A stretch of DNA of 63,640 nucleotides, filler included, from Lenisia limosa (Eukaryota; Protista; Breviatea): the NCBI GenBank assembly GCA_001655205.1. It is 17 parts of 17 records of this genome, joined end to end, with 100 filler letters (N's around TTAATTAATTAA, not from the genome) between each part and the next. Parts side by side here need not be neighbours in the genome. Positions count along the whole stretch, not along the records: positions 55,017 to 62,369 come from LPNZ01004542.1; positions 62,470 to 63,640 come from LPNZ01009525.1; 15 more parts are not named here. One strand, written 5' to 3'. How positions within the stretch are numbered: position 1 is the stretch's first letter; the number at the start of each line of letters is the position of its first letter. The position numbers and the translations under genes were made by a program. The notes under the pieces are model-generated. The model did not search any database. It was not told the origin of the DNA and saw nothing but the letters and a program-made list of their open reading frames with translations. Positions 60,995 to 63,640 of the stretch are shown in pieces.

Positions 60995-62238
60995 GTCGAG
61001 GACGATCAGTCCTCCTCTGCTGATAATGAAGAGGATATTGTTTTCGAGCTCACCTTTGATGGTGAGGGTGAAGAGCTTGAGAAGCAGGTTGAGAAGCTGC
61101 TAAAGTCGATTGAGCATCTATCACAAGATAATGCACCGGAATTGTCTCATGAAGAAAGGCGAGAGGCTCTTCAAGAGCAAATTGCAGTCTTTCGGACTAA
61201 GGTGTTCAGGGGGGGGGGGGGNNNNNNNNNNNNNNNNNNNNNNNNNNNNNNNNNNNNNNNNNNNNNNNNNNNNNNNNNNNNNNNNNNNNNNNNNNNNNNN
61301 NNNNNNNNNNNNNNNAACAGGACATCTCTGGCTTAAAACCTCTTGACGTTTTCAGCGCAACTTTCCGAAGTCAGAGACTGAAGCTAAGCACAACATGAAG
61401 GAGCTGACTCTTGAGGTTCGGACGCATGGGTGTTGGGGATATTCACGCTCTTTAGGAAAGATACATTTTTATCTATTATGTTTAGTGAAGTCCTTATTAT
61501 GATGCTAATATAACAATAAAATTATTGTGATGTCAGAACCAGACTTTAGGAACACTGTCAACTGATGATAAAGGCAATGAAGCTTCTTCCAAACGACGAA
61601 CGCATGGTGGTTCATGTTAAAGACTTCGATTTCGTGGTGGGTGGTGATGAGTCCGTTGAATCATAATGTGTCAAAAGATATCCAAATGGGGTATCTGAGG
61701 GGACATTGCTTAGTACTTAGTTAAACGACTTGGATGATGGGGCGTATCAGCTGCAGATCCAGGAGGGAAAGGTCAACTTAGTCAAAGTTGTCGAGGTTTG
61801 CTTAACTTTCTCGTGAACTGCTTTTGATAAGTTGTCTGATCCTATTGTTTCATGAGCATCTGTAATCCACTATCCCTTAAACGTGATGGTATGGACAGCT
61901 TCTTATTTCCCATTTCCACATTGGTACTTACCTGTGGTCCCAAAAGACTAAATTTCTCGATAAAAACTCAATTATAGTCTCGTGTTCTTCACGACTGTAG
62001 ACAAGGCTAAAAAATACTATTCTTCCTGAAGAGATGTCTTCAATTTTTGATTAGAGTTATTATTGGATATTCAAGTGTGCGATATCCCCCCCCCCTCCTC
62101 CCATTGTACTTTTGACCTTCAAGGATGATGGAGATGACATCAACGATCACAACACTGATTTTGAGACTGTGAAAAAGACTCTGTTATACGACACCAAAGA
62201 ATTCTTGGAGGAAGGCAATAGACTCTTTAATGGATATT
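60995..62238 (+). CDS. Multi-exon acidic/helical protein, unknown function
   Basis: Exon 60995-61201 (VEDDQSSSADNEEDIVFELTFDGEGEELEKQVEKLL..QIAVFRTK), with further exons at ~61356-61430, ~61575-61632, ~61721-61771 and 62124-62238. Confidence 0.55.
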
Positions 62239-62651
62239 GTTCGTGGGGGTCGACCTGATACTTCTTTGCATTTCATCCCTCCCACCACTAAACTTCGTGT
62301 GTTTCTCAAATATTTAGCCGACAAAGTCGATTCTTGTTTTGTTTTTTTGTTTATTAAATTGTCCTCGTTNNNNNNNNNNNNNNNNNNNNNNNNNNNNNNN
62401 NNNNNNNNNNNNNTTAATTAATTAANNNNNNNNNNNNNNNNNNNNNNNNNNNNNNNNNNNNNNNNNNNNACCTTGTGTTGTCTCAGGGTTTTGTTTCTCT
62501 CTTTTTACTCCGCATTCAAAAAACAGTATTTTACCAAAGCGACTGACCTGACCTGGGCTTGGTTTTGTTGTTCTCAAACCTTGTGTGTTATCAGCCAACA
62601 GATTTGGCTTTTTTTTGTTTCATAAATTTTCAAATTTACCCCCCCTCCCAG

Positions 62652-63350
62652 GAGCTAGGCCGTACCAAGAAGCAGCTGACTGAGACCAACGCCCGTCTTC
62701 GCGAGGTCAAAACCACCAACCAAATGACCATGAGAGAGGTGAGCGGTGCATTTCACTACTAAACATACCACCCCCACTCTCCTTTGACCCTAAGTTTCCC
62801 AGAATTACTCTCTCCCCGTTGGTTGCTCATATTTGTTATTGCTTGTTTTTTTTTGTTTGTTTGGAGTTTCAGATTATTCGGTTCGTGATTAGTACCAATC
62901 TCATCGAAATTTCCTTCGTTTTACTCCCCTCCCCAGGCCTCCGATAAGCTATCTTCTGAGCTCAATGAGAAACAGTCTCTCCAAGCTGCTCTCCAGGACT
63001 CTAAGCAGGAGTGGGGGGGGGGGGTATNNNNNNNNNNNNNNNNNNNNNNNNNNNNNNNNNNNNNNNNNNNNNNNNNNNNNNNNNNNNNNNNNNNNAGATC
63101 AAGAGCATCTTTATACTGCAATCACACTCCTAATTTAGTAGTTACCAAATCTGGATCAACAGCTTTTTATCTCAGATCTAGATCATCTTTATGCTGTTTT
63201 CAACAATAATAATGAAAACAACCACATTCCTAATTTGGCAGTTACCAAATCCGGATAAAAAAGATGCGACTCCAGCTCCAGAGTGCCGAAAAGTCCCTGT
63301 GGAACCTTCAGTCGGAGGCCCAGGAAATGGAAGAGTTGCACCGCAAGAGG
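62652..63350 (+). CDS. Coiled-coil protein exons
   Basis: Exons 62652-62738 (ELGRTKKQLTETNARLREVKTTNQMTMRE), 62937-63010 (ASDKLSSELNEKQSLQAALQDSKQ) and ~63276-63350 (LQSAEKSLWNLQSEAQEMEELHRKR). Confidence 0.65.
62845..62936 (+). repeat. Intron 3'-end module A (reference copy)
   Basis: TTGTTTGTTTGGAGTTTCAGATTATTCGGTTCGTGATTAGTACC..TCGAAATTTCCTTCGTTTTACTCCCC..AG. Other copies: 1891-1964(+), 2285-2343(+, partial), 4228-4335(-), 5990-6111(-), 6729-6790(-), 16940-17045(-), 59560-59665(-). Confidence 0.92.
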
Positions 63351-63640
63351 GTGGGCACCTACCATGTATTATTTATATTAGTATTGTGATAATACTACAT
63401 TGCAGTATTTCTTATAAGCGATGGGGCGGACGGCTTCGGCCAGATATAACCTTGTGTGTGTCTTTACGCTTCTGCATATTTCTATTCGTTGTATGCTGGA
63501 GTGATGGGATGTACTGCAGAAACGACTGGCCTGGGCTTTCTTTTGTTGAACCTCTCTTGTGTTGCTCCAACAGAGTTGATTTTGGACTTTTTTTTTGTTT
63601 CACAAATTTGCCCATCTTACTCCCCACCCCCTAGGCTGAC

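Noticed and set aside
1-63640. Species identification, rRNA or tRNA genes
   Set aside because: No rRNA or tRNA signatures were recognised, and the taxon cannot be determined without a database search.

Overview
This is not a prokaryotic region and not one continuous locus. It is 17 short contigs (about 1.2-7.4 kb; first and last partial) from an intron-dense unicellular eukaryote, joined by 16 identical artificial 100-bp spacers (44N-TTAATTAATTAA-44N), with extra internal N runs. Genes are split into many 30-230-nt exons with GT-AG introns, so the supplied ORF track is largely uninformative. TAA, TAG and TGA all appear to be used as stops. By manual splicing I recognise a SAS-6-like (SAS6L) gene divergent from a gamma-SNAP gene, a LIMR/LMBR1-family gene, two ankyrin-repeat genes, an RNI-type LRR gene, a Cys-rich/Ig-like surface protein, a possible ASH/PapD-like Ig-domain gene and several genes of unknown function. 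The most striking feature is the introns. Two non-palindromic repeat modules (A, about 95 bp; B, about 140 bp) recur in unrelated genes, in the gene's sense direction wherever a gene could be assigned, and usually supply the 3' splice site through a C-rich tract plus AG. A third sense-biased module (E, carrying a cUUCGg hairpin) often lies upstream of B. Three families of TA-flanked palindromic MITEs fill the rest. A decayed intronless ORF with tyrosine-recombinase-like motif order sits in contig 2. No database searches could be run; family calls rest on recalled motifs and all exon structures are manual predictions.
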